This document shows, piece by piece, positions 1 through 13,075 of a stretch of DNA of 64,000 nt. The DNA lies in assembly GCA_951406725.2 (NCBI GenBank), contig OX597832.1, forward strand, positions 9,610,001 to 9,674,000. The letters run 5' to 3'. The notes under the pieces were generated by a model. That model ran no database searches, was not told the DNA's origin, and saw only the letters and a program-made list of their open reading frames with translations. The stretch is from Octopus vulgaris (taxonomy: Eukaryota). Numbering within the stretch: the first letter of the stretch is position 1; each line of letters starts with the position of its first letter. A program made the position numbers and the translations under genes.

Positions 1-412
1 GCTGATATTGTTGATGTAAAATAATAGTCTCAATGTTATCGTATTTGACCTAAATCATTTTAGTTTCATTCGCTTCGCGCCAACTCAGATGTCTAGAGTA
101 CACTACAGATCTGCATTCACATGCATATTTTGGAAATTATCATCATACATGATAATTTAAAACAATATTATTAGGGCAAAACTCAGACATACATTACACA
201 CATTCTCATTAATGTAAATATTGTTCTTTTATTACACATAATGATCAGTGTTGTTTTGAATCTAGTTCATTTTAATGGAAAATATTAGTTGAAAAAATAG
301 CTGTTCCAAAAATAGTAATTATGTAAGTATTAAAGTGTATATGTTTATACATGCATACATACATACATATACGTACGTATACATAGGAGTGGCTACTGTA
401 TACATACATAAA

Positions 413-418
<6 letters not shown>

Positions 419-510
<92 letters not shown>

Positions 511-551
511 AAGATAGATAGATAGATAAATAGACAGATAGATAGACAGCT
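419..551. repeat. Compound microsatellite (TA)n-(GA)n-(GATA)n
   Basis: Directly visible; explains the YIYI-type ORFs at 272-842. Confidence 0.98.
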
Positions 552-1549
552 AGATACACAAATGTGCGCGCATGTACGTGTGTTTGTGTGTATGTGTTTA
601 CACACAAACGCATGCGCACACACATATATACGCAATTCGTATATACATTAATTTTGCATATATACATGTTTCCCTTTCTGTACAATTACGTTTTAGTTCG
701 GATGTATATGAAAATCACAACCATTACCAAAGGAAATGCATTATATGTGCAAAAATATTACGATACGTTTTGTGAAATATTTTACATTGAAAGGAAATAT
801 TTTCTTCGTTGGAACAACAAAAACAGCCTAGCGGCATTGTGACTCGTGTTTGTTCTTTCCTTTCAATAATTTTCCTGCAATTCTATTTAAAATCAGCAAA
901 TTCCTTCTTTGATTTTCGATATAATTTTTTCTACAATTCTCCGTTTTTTCCTTTCTTTTAAAGAGATATTTTTGTGCAATCTCTCATCCTCTTCACAACT
1001 CTATGAAGGAAAAGCTTTTAACACATATTTTTTTTCTATTTTCTGGCCTTTCTGTTCTGGTTACCCAATTTCATTTAACTTCAGTTTTACACAAAGACAC
1101 ACATACCTAAATATAGGTTTTTGATATTTTGGCGTATTTTACGATTCTAGTAACAACTAAAATAGATTAATGTCTGGAAACATTATTAAAGCGAAAAAGA
1201 TACCGAAAAAAATAAAACTTTCAATAACCAATGTTGAGTCAGTAATTTATATGTTTATGGTTTCGTGTTCATTTAATTTCTCTGCGTAATTTAAGCTAAA
1301 GTAATCAATTTGTTTAAAACATCTCTTCATTTATACACAGTTCAAAGAAATGTATGAGAGCGACATTTATAGCATTTTGATATACGTTTAATTACCAACG
1401 ATGAATGATAGCTTTGAGATTTATTAGAACATTGGCAGAATTTTAGTTAGAAACATGCTGTCACTTGTTCTCTTGATCTTTGGCCAAATATTTAGATTCA
1501 GAGACATTGAATTGAGTGGTGCGTAAGAGGTACTCACACACACTCGTAA

Positions 1550-1550
1550 G

Positions 1551-1640
<90 letters not shown>

Positions 1641-1730
1641 TATACATATATATATATGTATATATGTACATATATGTATATATGTATATGTCTATATATG
1701 TATATATGTATATATGTATATATTTATATT

Positions 1731-1793
<63 letters not shown>
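1550..1793. repeat. Imperfect (TA)n microsatellite
   Basis: Directly visible. Confidence 0.98.
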
Positions 1794-1798
<5 letters not shown>

Positions 1799-1818
1799 GT
1801 TGGTGTGCAAAGATAGCT

Positions 1819-1872
1819 GAATGGTCTTTACCGGTGAATTTAGAGTTCCACATTGTGTATCATCAGCCATTC
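1819..1872 (-). ncRNA. Degenerate type I hammerhead ribozyme motif
   Basis: Minus strand GAATGG-CTGATGA-TAC acaat GTG-GAAC...TAAAGA-CCATTC. Stem I is 6 bp and CUGAUGA is intact, but the GAAA and NUH motifs each lack a base. Confidence 0.4.
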
Positions 1873-2138
1873 TACGTTCACTTATGTGGTGTTGTTGCCA
1901 CACTATTTGGTGGTCTTTCCGGTTATAGTATAGAAACCACATATTATAAAAAGTATGATGAAAAGAACACTTAATTTAAAGCATTCTGTAAACTACGCAC
2001 GTTTCATCATTATAGCTATCTCTCTCTTCTGCTGTAGGTGAATCGCCATTTGAATGCAAAACCACAACGTTTTCGTAATGTAGAACAGCATGCCTGTATG
2101 CATGCCTTTATGTATGTATGAATGTATGTATGTATGTT

Positions 2139-2400
2139 CCGGCAGGGGATGGTGGTGATCCCTGCTGTACTCTTTCACCACAACTTTCTCTCACTCTTAC
2201 TTCCTGTTTCTGTTGTACCTGTATTTCAAAGGGCCGGCCTTGTCACTCTCTGTGTCACGCTGAATATCACCGAGAACTACGTTATGGGTGCACGTGTCTG
2301 TGGAGTGCTCAGCCACTTACACGTTAATTTCACGTGCAGGCTGTTCCGTTGATTCAGATCAACCGGAGCCCTCATCGTCGTAACCGACGGAGTGCTTCCA
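2139..2400 (+). mobile_element. tRNA-derived SINE family A, 5'-truncated copy inside a (TGTA)n tract
   Basis: Near-identical to 22243-22500 and to the reverse complement of 38203-38462; (TGTA)n on both sides. Confidence 0.92.
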
Positions 2401-2462
2401 TGTATGTATGTATGTATGTATGTATGTATGTATGTATGTATGTATGTATGCATGTATGTATG

Positions 2463-2491
<29 letters not shown>
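2401..2491. repeat. (TGTA)n microsatellite
   Basis: Directly visible. Confidence 0.98.
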
Positions 2492-2493
<2 letters not shown>

Positions 2494-2685
2494 GGGGTTG
2501 GGTGTGAAAGATTATGTCTATCATGGATAGGTTGAAATATGTCCGAAATCAGGTAAACTGGTTGTTCGAGCTGCGGATTATCTACCGTCGGCTATAGGTG
2601 CCATGTACTTATATGCGCAAGGTACTTTTCACTCGTGGCGAATATTGCAGTATTTGTGTGATGCAGCGCAACATCCACTTTTAAA

Positions 2686-2745
2686 TAGTTTCCTTCTACC
2701 TGATCCACTCATGAGATTTTGGTCGGCACGACGCTATAGTAAAAA
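2686..2745 (-). mobile_element. Fragment of SINE family C (segment just 3' of the tRNA head)
   Basis: AGTTTCCTTCTACC..ATCCAC..TTTGGTCGGCACGACGCTATAGTA matches 43198-43255 (AGTTTCCGTCTACC..ATCCAC..TTTGGTCGGCCCGAGGCTATAGTA). Confidence 0.7.
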
Positions 2746-4625
2746 TCATTGGTCTGACTGCTCGATCCTGAACGGTTTCGAAAAGAACCCGTTCACCTTG
2801 ACGACAGACTCGATGTCGCTGTACAGAGCAGCAATCCAACTACAGAAGGTCGGGCCGAGGACCGCCGCCAAGTTCCGATGGTCGACCCTATCAAATGTCT
2901 TAGACTGGTCTAAATGCACATTCCCCACTGAGCCAGAACGCTCTCTAACCCTCTCTAAGGAGTAGCATATAAGGTGGAGAATGTCGTGGATAGACCTGCC
3001 CTGGATAGCGCAAGTTTGCGCTTCCCAGACTAATTCGACCACGACCCGTGCCAACCTTTTTGCTAGCACCTTTTTGACTCAGTGTTTAGCAGAGTTATGG
3101 GCCTAAAGTTCCCTCTCTCATCCTCCTTGCTCGTGTTCTTTCCGATCAACGTCACCACCCCCGGCTCGCTGACTTGGGAATTCACCCATTCTGCTGCCAG
3201 TTGGAGTAAACACTGGCCAGTAGGTGCCCGTTCAAGTCTGCCATACTTTTATAGAATCCATAGAGTAGACCATCGAGACACTGCGACTTCTCCCCGGGCC
3301 ACTCGCTCAGCACCTCGATAACCTCCTCAGCTGTGATTAGCCCTTCCTAGAGCTCATCCTCTCGTACCGAGAGATGCGGGCCACCAGACAGGAAGTCCCT
3401 AAGGGCCTCACCATGATCCAGCGTCACACCCCTCCCGAACAACTCGGCAAAGTGCTTGTAAAGCTCCTCACACATCTCGTCCAGTCCTTCAACCGAACGT
3501 CCGTTTTCGTCGACAAAAGATCTAATAGTGGCATCGTTGCCACGTTAGGTTTTTATCGTACGTGCACATCTGGTAACATTAATTCCCTCACGGCGCAAAG
3601 CTCGAACTTTATCCTGAACACTACACCCCTCATGTTTGGCTTTGAAGTGATGGTCCAATGCCTTTCCCGCTGTCAAAATGTGAGATACAGAGCCCAACCT
3701 GAACACCTCTTCTAAGTCCTTGACTACTTGACCTACTATTCTGGCCTTCTCTAGTCTTAGCTGTTGACTAACCCTAATGGACTCAAATCGCATGACTCTC
3801 TTGAGGGCGAACCACCACCGGTTATTAGCGACAGCACCGCTTAACGCCCTCTGTACTAACTCCATAGCCCAACCATGGTGTGCTTCGCAAGTCAAAATAG
3901 ACTTGTTAAGCTTCCAGTAGTCGGCTCCTCACGTAACTGTACTATCTATGTCCAGTCTACACTTAAACATTCTATGGTCAGTGTAGGCTACTTGGACAAT
4001 ACGTGGACAGCTAAAACTAGTCTTATCTTTATGTAAGGCTTAAGCTTTCCGTCTCCGCTAATTGTGGTCCACTCTGGTACGTCCGGATATGCAAGCCTGT
4101 AAAGATCTGCCAGCTGAAAGCACTTAAGCAGATCCACGAGATGTGAGTTCAATTTCCTATCGGTCGAGCCAACGCTATTGATGCATGTGTCAACAATAAC
4201 GTTAAAGTCACCTAACACCACTAATGTCTTCGACGTCACGAGAAAGTTTTCCAGGCGCCGACAAAAATCAATTCGGAATCCGCTAGCACAAGGTGCATAG
4301 AGTCTGATCAACCCGAAGGATTTATTGCCATATGTCATATCAAGGACGACTAACCCACCTTCTGGGTTCCCATAGTCTGTGCTTGTCTGCAGAACCGAAC
4401 ATTTACGGATCAGTACCACCACACCCTATCGTCCTCCGGTTTGGCCAGGAGACATAATTTTCTCATAGCCATTCAGGTATGGCGAGAAGGTTTGTAGACT
4501 CTCTAGCTTGTTCTCTGTAGCAAGTATCACATGTATATCGTGTGATATGAGGTCGTCAAGGAAACAAATTTGCTTCCACTTCGAACTCAGACTACGCATA
4601 TTCAGACCACCAAGGTTACGTGCAG
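2746..4625 (-). pseudogene. ORF2 remnant (APE endonuclease and N-terminal RT), with frameshifts and stops, ending before YADD
   Basis: ORF track 3988-4422 (EN), 3545-3895 and 2746-3069 (RT), plus the NLGGLNMRSL start region near 4618. Confidence 0.88.
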
Positions 4626-4648
4626 TCAGAACTTAAAAAGTAAAGGTT

Positions 4649-5928
4649 CTACTTACCCTTCGAGGGTGACGTTGGGGCTGACCTCACCACACACGAGGTA
4701 GCTCCTTCATTTTCCTCCTTCTCCAAATACTTCGAAAGGTTCCCAATTCTCCCGAAGGCTGTCAAGTGTCTTTCCTTCAAGTGCCTGAATAGGGTTTCCT
4801 CTATCCAGGCACACATTTTCGGAAAGTCTTCGTGCTTCGGAAAATGATTGGCGGTGTGGTGCTTCACAATAATTTCGTCTGTGTATTTGTCTCTGTTCTC
4901 AAATTCCACCAACACCTTAATGTCACAGTCATCTTTTTCGTTTTTTCCGAGGACAAGAGGGGTGTATTTTTTGTAATTGGATGTGTGTTCTCGTTTGTTT
5001 TTGTGGGGGAAATGGATACGGACTGTGTATGAGTTCATTTTCGAACTACTGCATACTTTCCCTCGATCACCTCTATGATGTCGTCCGAGGGAGCTGTACT
5101 TTTTCCATTAGGTGCCAATAAGTGGGTGGATACTTTTACTTGTGTCGGGATTGGGTTTTTGTGGTGTTATGTTTAAGGACCGGCACTTTGGGGAGTGGGG
5201 AATTTTTACTTGTGTGGGGTCTGTTATATGCGTAGGTTTGGGGTTATTTTGGCGAATTTCTGCAGGGCCTGGTGTCTGCGCCATTTTTTCCATCTTTCCT
5301 TTTTCTTTTTGTTTCCTTATTTCGCAATCCACGCGAACGTGGCCCTTTTCCCCCTATCCATAGCAGGTGCATTGTTTTCCTTCCACATGCACTCTAAGGG
5401 CCACATTCTCGCCCAAGAACACTCTTTCAGGAATCTCCTGAAGGTCTTCTTGCGTCCCGTGTATAATTACTGTAATGCTCCGCCAGAGACAATTCTGGGG
5501 GTTGGGGGTTGGGGGGGCAGAGCATGTAATTGCAATAATTTTATACGTCCGTCTTGTTAAACAACATGGCGGCCATCACCTCCTTCAGATCAACCACCGG
5601 TGGTACGTCATCCCCTTCACAGGGGAAGTCGGCTTTCCCATATATTTTGGTAGGATACCACCTCCTTTGTCTTCAGAGTTCACACGAAATGCCCGCGAGC
5701 CACCTCTGCATTAGAAAAACGGACGTCAACTTGACCGTATGCCCGTCCCATTGCAATATAGGCTAAGTCTTTCCATATCGGGGACAGGCATTTTTCAATT
5801 TTCTCTTTCTCGAAGTGTTTAAAACTTCTGTTTTGTGGGAAGAAGGATTGAAACACTACGGTCCGTTTTTCTGTGACTACCACACTGGAGGTGGGTGATA
5901 TTTTAACGTCACCATCCTTCTCTTTCAT
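4649..5928 (-). pseudogene. ORF1 remnant (gag-like, CCHC zinc knuckle)
   Basis: ORF pieces 5680-5928, 5108-5332 and 4649-5038. At about 5365-5324 the minus strand reads C-Y-G-(stop)-G-E-K-G-H-V-R-V-D-C, a CX2CX4HX4C with the second Cys mutated to stop. Confidence 0.75.
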
Positions 5929-7032
5929 TCTTTTAAATAAACCTTCCAGCTGTCGACAGAAATGTCGATATTTTCGTTTGCCACCGAAAACTTTTTCACA
6001 TTTTCTCGCTTACTTTCTACGAGAGTACACTTCTCATGTATAATTTCAACCCACATTCTTCGGTTGAAATTAATTTCACAAGTAAATTGCACAAATTAGT
6101 GGGAAATAAAAAGTTTTCCTGTTGACAACAGTTCACTAACAAAGTTCAAACACCACCCCTGTTTGGGGAGGGGCCCGAAAATTATTCCAAAAAGACTATA
6201 CACAGTTTGACAAAACAGCGTTCATAAACATGCCACAATGGCCAGCAAAACTGGCCAACAATTCCTTCTCCTTTAGTTATTCCACGGTAAAACCGGGAAA
6301 TAATTCAACAATGTTCAACAATAAATTTCAACGTTCATCAAATAACAATAACAATTCCAAACGGTAATCCAAAGTTTTCAACAACAACAACAAAAATGCT
6401 TTCCAGCAGCGAAAGAAATACGGCCGACAAAAATTCGGGAAGCAAGCTTCTTCATTTCATCAAATTTGCCATAAAGGCTTTACATAGATAGAAGCGAATG
6501 CGGGCTGGACAACAGAAAAAATGAAATGAATGATGAGGAAAATAATGATATTGATGAGGGCAGCAGATGACGCCCGCCGATTGATGCTTCACGAAAACAT
6601 TGTTCTTTTTTTGTCTTTTATAAAACCAATTGAGGTTATAACGCTCTTACTATAGTTCATTGGGACACAAGGTCCTTTCAAATGAGGCACTACGCCTCTT
6701 ACATTTTTTTATAACTCAAGGCATGAAAGCCTTGCAGGAACACAAAAACAAAGTTCGCAATTTTTGGTGGAGTGACACGTCCCCAAAACAACTCACTTTT
6801 CACCGCTAAGTGAGAAACTTATGCCCAACTGCAGGCAGACAAATGCCCGGAATCCAGTGAGGATTTCTTGCTTGAGAAGGAAAAATAAACACCAAACAAC
6901 AAATCCCCACTGAATCCTAAAATCAAAACTCTTACCATGAAGTTGAGTTTCACTAATTCAATAATTCCCGACGCTACATACCAGCGTCCGGACTCCTATC
7001 AGTGTTAAGAAAACACTGACACACGCATGCAC

Positions 7033-7068
7033 GGAAGCAAGCTCGTTACCACACAGCCAGTCCTGCGC
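7033..7068 (-). mobile_element. 5' end (A-box region) of SINE family C
   Basis: Minus strand GCGCAGGACTGGCTGTGTGGTAACGAGCTTGCTTCC matches the 5' end of the copy at 43344 (GCGCAGGAGAGGCTGTGTGGCAAGTAGCTCGTTTACC). Confidence 0.72.
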
Positions 7069-7649
7069 GTAAGTATACTTTTATTCATTATTTTCGATAA
7101 ATGATTTACAAATCCTGACTGATGTATACCATTATGAAGCTAGAGGAAAAAAACATGAGAAAAACTATACAGAAGAAATATCGAAAAAAACAAGGGAAGA
7201 AATTGTAAATAATGACAAAAACAGGAAATATAATATCAAAAGTAAAAGAAGGTAAAGAAATATAGAATAAGAATCTAGATTCTGGAGATGGTTATTGGTA
7301 GGTCGGTAACTAAATATCACTCAAAATTTCATCGATGTATATATTTTCAGACTAATGCGATGCTAGTGGGTACTTAACCTTCATAAGCGCTAAATTTAGT
7401 ACAACGTGAAACAATATACTAGAGGCAGTAATAAAATGATAAACTAAAGAAAAGGTGATGAGACATCAAAGTACAATGATACGCACACAGATTTATTAAT
7501 GTCTGAACGAAAATATAAGAACAAAACTATATACTTAATGCACAGAAAAACACAGAAGTACATAGAAACGAATAGCTATATATAAACTCACACATACATA
7601 TAACTGTATATGATTATATTATTATACATGCATGCATACATATAGAATT

Positions 7650-7651
<2 letters not shown>

Positions 7652-7722
<71 letters not shown>

Positions 7723-7775
7723 TTGCGTGTGCTTGTGTGTGTGTGTGTGTGTGTTTGCGTGTGTGTGTGTGTATG

Positions 7776-7824
<49 letters not shown>

Positions 7825-7856
7825 GTGTATGTTTGTGTGTGTGTGTGTGTGTGTGT
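7652..7856. repeat. (TA)n-(TG)n compound microsatellite
   Basis: Directly visible. Confidence 0.98.
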
Positions 7857-7861
7857 AGAAT

Positions 7862-8191
7862 TGCAATGGCTTAGTGCTTATGGCAGCGGACTCGCGGTCG
7901 TAGGACCGCGTTTTCGATTCCCAGACCAGGCCTCTTGAGTGTTTATTGAGCGAAAACACCTAAAGTTGCACTAGACCCCGGCAAAGGGGTGGTGGCCAAT
8001 CCTGCTGTGTTCTTTTACCACAACTTTCTCTCACTGATTTTCGTTGAACCTGTATATCAGAGAGCCAAATTGTCACACTTTTTGTCACGTTGAATTTCCC
8101 TGAGAACTACATTAAATGTACACGTGCCTGTGGAGTTCTCAGCCACTTGCACATTAAATTGTTTTTTGATCGGATCAACTGAAATCTTCAT
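7862..8191 (+). mobile_element. tRNA-derived SINE family A, near full length, diverged
   Basis: A-box-like TGGCTTAGTG, B-box-like TTTCGATTCC, then GAGTGTTTATTGAGCGAAAACACCTAAAG as in the 22187 and 38203 copies. Confidence 0.9.
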
Positions 8192-8329
8192 ATACATGTA
8201 TATATTTGCATATGTATATGTATACACACACGTACATATTGTAGAAAATAATCTATAACATTTCATTTACATAGATATTGACACAAACTATTAAATATAT
8301 TCGTACGTAATGCATTTATGTATATACAT

Positions 8330-8583
<254 letters not shown>

Positions 8584-10165
8584 GACTGTGTATGTGGTTA
8601 TTTTCGCATGTTTGGTCTCGAGATGCTCAGAAGCAGTGCGTCCTCGAGAAAACCAAATTTTGTTTTCCAGATTTGCGCCTAATCAGAAAGTTGTCTGTAA
8701 ATAAAATATAATTTGCTATGGAAAATAACTCACCTTTTAGATCGTCAACTTTCTATATGTGACCATCAATCTATCCTTGTATGTATATTTAGCACAGTCT
8801 TTTTTTCTCTCACACACACACTCTCTCTCTCTCTCTTAAATATATATATATATATATATATACTAGCTCTTACGCAGTGCTTTGATTTTCTTTTACATCT
8901 TTGGATGTGTATTTTAATTTTATTGCAGCTATTCCGTACACATTCTCGATTCTGATTGGGTAAAAATGATCAAATACAACCTCTGTAAACTTTTACGATT
9001 CCACGCAGAAAATTAACCCAATATACCAAATTTTAGAATTTTGTCTTAATTTTATAATATGAAAATTTCTTTTCACATGGTAACCTCCTCCACTTTCTGT
9101 ATAACCGTGCCACTCTCTCTCCCTTTCTGACTCTCTCTCTCTCTCTCTCTCGCTCTCTTCTTGTATGTTTGTCAATATGTATGGAAGAATGTGTATAACG
9201 AATTTTATTAGGTTGACAGGGTGATTTTAAAAGTGTTTATATAAAAACACCTTTGTGTTAGTAAATAGGTTTTTCCTACACACCCATAGACCCGGAATCC
9301 TTGAAGCCTGATGAGACTTAAAAATTCTAATTCCAACCTTAAATGCTTAAATGCCATAAAATGTGTATATCGGGAGAAAATATAGAAAAACATCAACATA
9401 TGTCAGACCGACAAAGAAACGAAGAAGGAAGCGGGTAGTCGTGGGATATGCTAAGAAAAAACAAACGAAAACCCCCAGGTAAATATCCCTTAAATCATAT
9501 ACCATTTTATCTGAAAATTACTTGAAATTATAATAACAAAGAGATTGCAGATTAGGACAGTCCGATTAAAAAACAATTATGATTAAAAAAGTAATTCGAA
9601 AGTGGCGAAATTTCAGCATTCATGCTGTGATGCAGGGGAATAGGTATGGGGGTCGGTGTTTATGGAAAGATAAAAACATAATTCAATAATATTTTAAAAT
9701 TATGTTTCATTTTCTGATTGTGAATAAAGGAAGTAGGGATTGTAATGGGGATTGTGAGAGGGATTCATTAATGTAAATAGTTTCCTTTATAATAAGCTTC
9801 CCTCAAGGTTTGCAAGTGTGGTGGAAAAATCTTAAAAAAGCCGCATCAAAGATTGAGTATATATGCATGTAACCATAACCATATACATATATATGTATAT
9901 ATATAAATACACACATACACACAGAGAGACACACTTACGCATACATATACACACACATGTGTGTGTATGGGGGAGTGCATGTGTGTTTAGACAAACGTAG
10001 CTATAGACTTGCGTATGATTTCATTACACACATTTTCGAACCATTAACTTGTACAGTTGTTTTGCTTTATCGTAGAAGAGTATTGTACCGATAGTACGTA
10101 ATAAAAATCGAAGCAGTGGTGAACATTATCTTATACGGAAATCCAGATTTTACGAAGCCAAGTTA

Positions 10166-10166
<1 letters not shown>

Positions 10167-10213
<47 letters not shown>

Positions 10214-10289
10214 AATAGCAATAATAATAATGATGATGATGATGATGATGATAACAACAACAACAATAATAATAATAAATATTATTATT

Positions 10290-10369
<80 letters not shown>

Positions 10370-10379
10370 TGATGATGAT

Positions 10380-10474
<95 letters not shown>
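10167..10474. repeat. (AAT)n/(GAT)n/(ATT)n trinucleotide microsatellite
   Basis: Directly visible. Confidence 0.98.
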
Positions 10475-10475
<1 letters not shown>

Positions 10476-10959
10476 TCGAGAAAACATTAACGAAAATCAA
10501 TAAAAATAAAATAAAATGTTTCGGAGTTATCAAATTTGAGATGACTACTTATTGATAATGGCAATAATTTTAATTAGGAATATTCAGTATAAGATGGGTC
10601 AGGTGAACTAGGATTGTTGAATAACATAGTAATAAAGAGGAAATGAACATAAATATGGTGTACTGGGATAATGTAGCTATTGTTTTAGAATAATAATGAA
10701 TTAATGGAATTAATCTGTATTTGAAATTACTAATTTTATTAATGTCATAATTACTTGCAATTAGCTTTTAGACAATGACATATGTACAGGAATAATGTTG
10801 TTTTCCTATAAGTGTTTGCTGACGCATTTTATCGTACTTAGGATTTTAAAAAATTGATATTAATGCGTAGAATAAATATGTATAAGTAGTTAAACGGTTA
10901 ATGTAGTGGTATGAAACTCTCAAGAGAACTGAACTGCAGGGAGACACAACAGAAGAAAC

Positions 10960-11415
10960 ACCCCTAAGGTGAGTATTTCGCTTCTTAATTATTTGGACTC
11001 TAAGAGGCTTGGGTGACATCCAAGTCATAACTGATAGCTGCCCGTTTGCTAACAATTTTTAGCTACTATGATATAGGAGATTTGTGCACTGAGACCGCTT
11101 GAAGATTTGATCTAGGCGTCACTCTTTTTTGGTAACATAGCTATCAAACTTATTCTTACAGAAGAAATAACGTTGGTTACCATGTCAGCGGGGAAACGTC
11201 AACGCTTTAAGAATGACTTACATGGAGTTATTTCCATTTGGAGTTGCTCCCGTTTCTCCTCCACCAGATCCTGCTGGAACACCTCTCCGTTGTCTTGGAT
11301 ATTGTCTTTAGAGATTTGGTTCTATTCTTCCCTGAGCCAGAGGGTTTTTTCATTAGATTGTAATCAGATTTCCACAGAATGTATCTGGCGTCAACCTCTA
11401 TTGACTCGGGAATAT
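10960..11415 (-). mobile_element. Possible ancient non-LTR (R4/Dong-like) RT fragment
   Basis: GC-richer island. Broken minus-strand translation (WLREE; LIAMLPKKSD) loosely resembles the pre-RT region of RLE LINEs. Confidence 0.3.
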
Positions 11416-12567
11416 TAGTTACTCCAAGAAAATTATATTTATTATATCAATATCAACATTGTTATCGTTTGTATTTTTAATATTATGAAAGTCATATATA
11501 CTCAATAATAGAATTCCAAACCATAATCGTGATAATAATGTCTTCGTATTCTGTAATAATTAAAAGAGCAAGAAAACTTATGGAGGCTTATGTTATAATC
11601 GCAAACATTTTCTTTAATAGATTTCCATCTACTTTTCAGATTTCAATTATTTTATGTGAAAAGAAATGGCAGCACTTACTGGTGTTTTATTATGTTTTGC
11701 TCTAATATATAATACCTCATTTGAAAAATTAATCAAACCACAGATAAATGGCTCTATTTTTACGTACTGTCGCTACATGTTTTATATTCTTATGATGCGT
11801 TGTAAAATTATGTTACGTAGGTAGCTTCTCTTGATCTTTCTACATAAAGTAACTTTCTACAATAAGACATCCACATTTAAATTCTTTATTATATTGACAC
11901 CACAATACTATATATAACCGTTGCCAGTTGAGAAATATTTAGTTTTAATTGAAGTACATTCACTACTGTTACATATATCATACACCAATATTTTTAAGAC
12001 ATATTGTTCTTCCACACCTCGTATAGAAATTTAGAAAAATCATCTCGAAAACGAACTTGTATATATTATGAATTTTGCATTTATAATCACAGCCTTCATT
12101 TTCGTCCTCTAAAACACATTCTCATTGTGTAATATTAGCGTTTAAATGATAATTATTCTATTGGTATTTATTCAAATTTTACTTAATCAGTCGATGTGTC
12201 TTCTCCGATTGCAAAATACCAACTTTATCTTTGGAATTGTATCCCCATATGTCTCAAGATTGCTCCATTAATGGATTATGAATTTGCAGATTGATAGCAT
12301 CGAAAATTATTTGACGTTTACCGCTGTTTGCAAGGCAGGTCTTGTAGGAGCCAAAGTATTTGGACAAGATGCTTTGAATTAATAATTCTGAAGCTTTGCT
12401 TGTTGAGGTCACACACAAACGCATACATTCACGTGCATAGACATGCACACACACAAAAGCAGGTCCACATACACGCACATACACATATCTGTATATACCT
12501 GCATACATATGTAACACAGGTATATTCATGTACACTCACACACACGCACACACACATATATATGTAC

Positions 12568-12568
<1 letters not shown>

Positions 12569-12656
<88 letters not shown>

Positions 12657-12804
12657 AGAAGAAGAAGAAGAAGAAGAAGAAGAAGAAGAAGAAGAAGAAG
12701 AAGAAGAAGAAGAAGACGAAGAAGAAGAAGAAGAAGAAGAAGAAGAAGAAGAAGAAGAAGAAGAAGAAGAAGAAGAAGAAGAAGAAGAAGAAGAAGAAGA
12801 AGAA
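12569..12804. repeat. (AAT)n-(GAT)n-(GAA)n compound microsatellite
   Basis: Directly visible; source of the poly-N/D/E/R/F/L ORFs. Confidence 0.98.
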
Positions 12805-12977
12805 GGTCAGAATTCCCCCCCTCCAAGATTGTATCAGCAATTACTGTCGAAAAAAGTACCATTTTATATATATATTGTTACGGAACTCCCAGAAAGTTGC
12901 TACGGAATCCCACCTGCCGTCGCTCAAACTCGAACCCGGGATCCCAACAAGTCGAGCGACGACGATTGACCAGGCCC

Positions 12978-13007
12978 GAGCTGAAACTAGAATCAATCAA
13001 TCAATCA

Positions 13008-13045
<38 letters not shown>

Positions 13046-13075
13046 TGATTGATTGATTGATTCTAGTTTCAGCTC
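12978..13075. repeat. Perfect 98-bp palindrome: CR1 3' terminus / (AT)16 / CR1 3' terminus
   Basis: GAGCTGAAACTAG(AATC)5 at 12978-13010 is the exact reverse complement of 13043-13075. Confidence 0.95.

Larger units (their letters stand above)
2746..7032 (-). mobile_element. L1/Tx1-type non-LTR retrotransposon: 5' UTR, ORF1 and 3'-truncated ORF2, degenerate
   Basis: ORF1 has a gag-type knuckle. ORF2 has APE motifs (LNMRSL, LYAP, VLGDFN, YWKLNKSIL) followed by RT (LAKRL..QTCAIQGRSIHDI, LDQSKTFDRVDH), typical of the L1/Tx1 group. Confidence 0.9.

Noticed and set aside
9316-9425. CTGATGAGAC, a possible hammerhead start
   Set aside because: No complementary stem II strand followed by GAAA and NUH with a stem I was found.
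10100-10500. (AAT)n followed by CTCGAGAAAACATTA, resembling the family P core start
   Set aside because: The match is about 12 nt only and no head or tail is recognisable.
12328-12969. 213-aa ORF with poly-I/M/E runs
   Set aside because: It is open only because it crosses (AAT)(GAT)(GAA) repeats.
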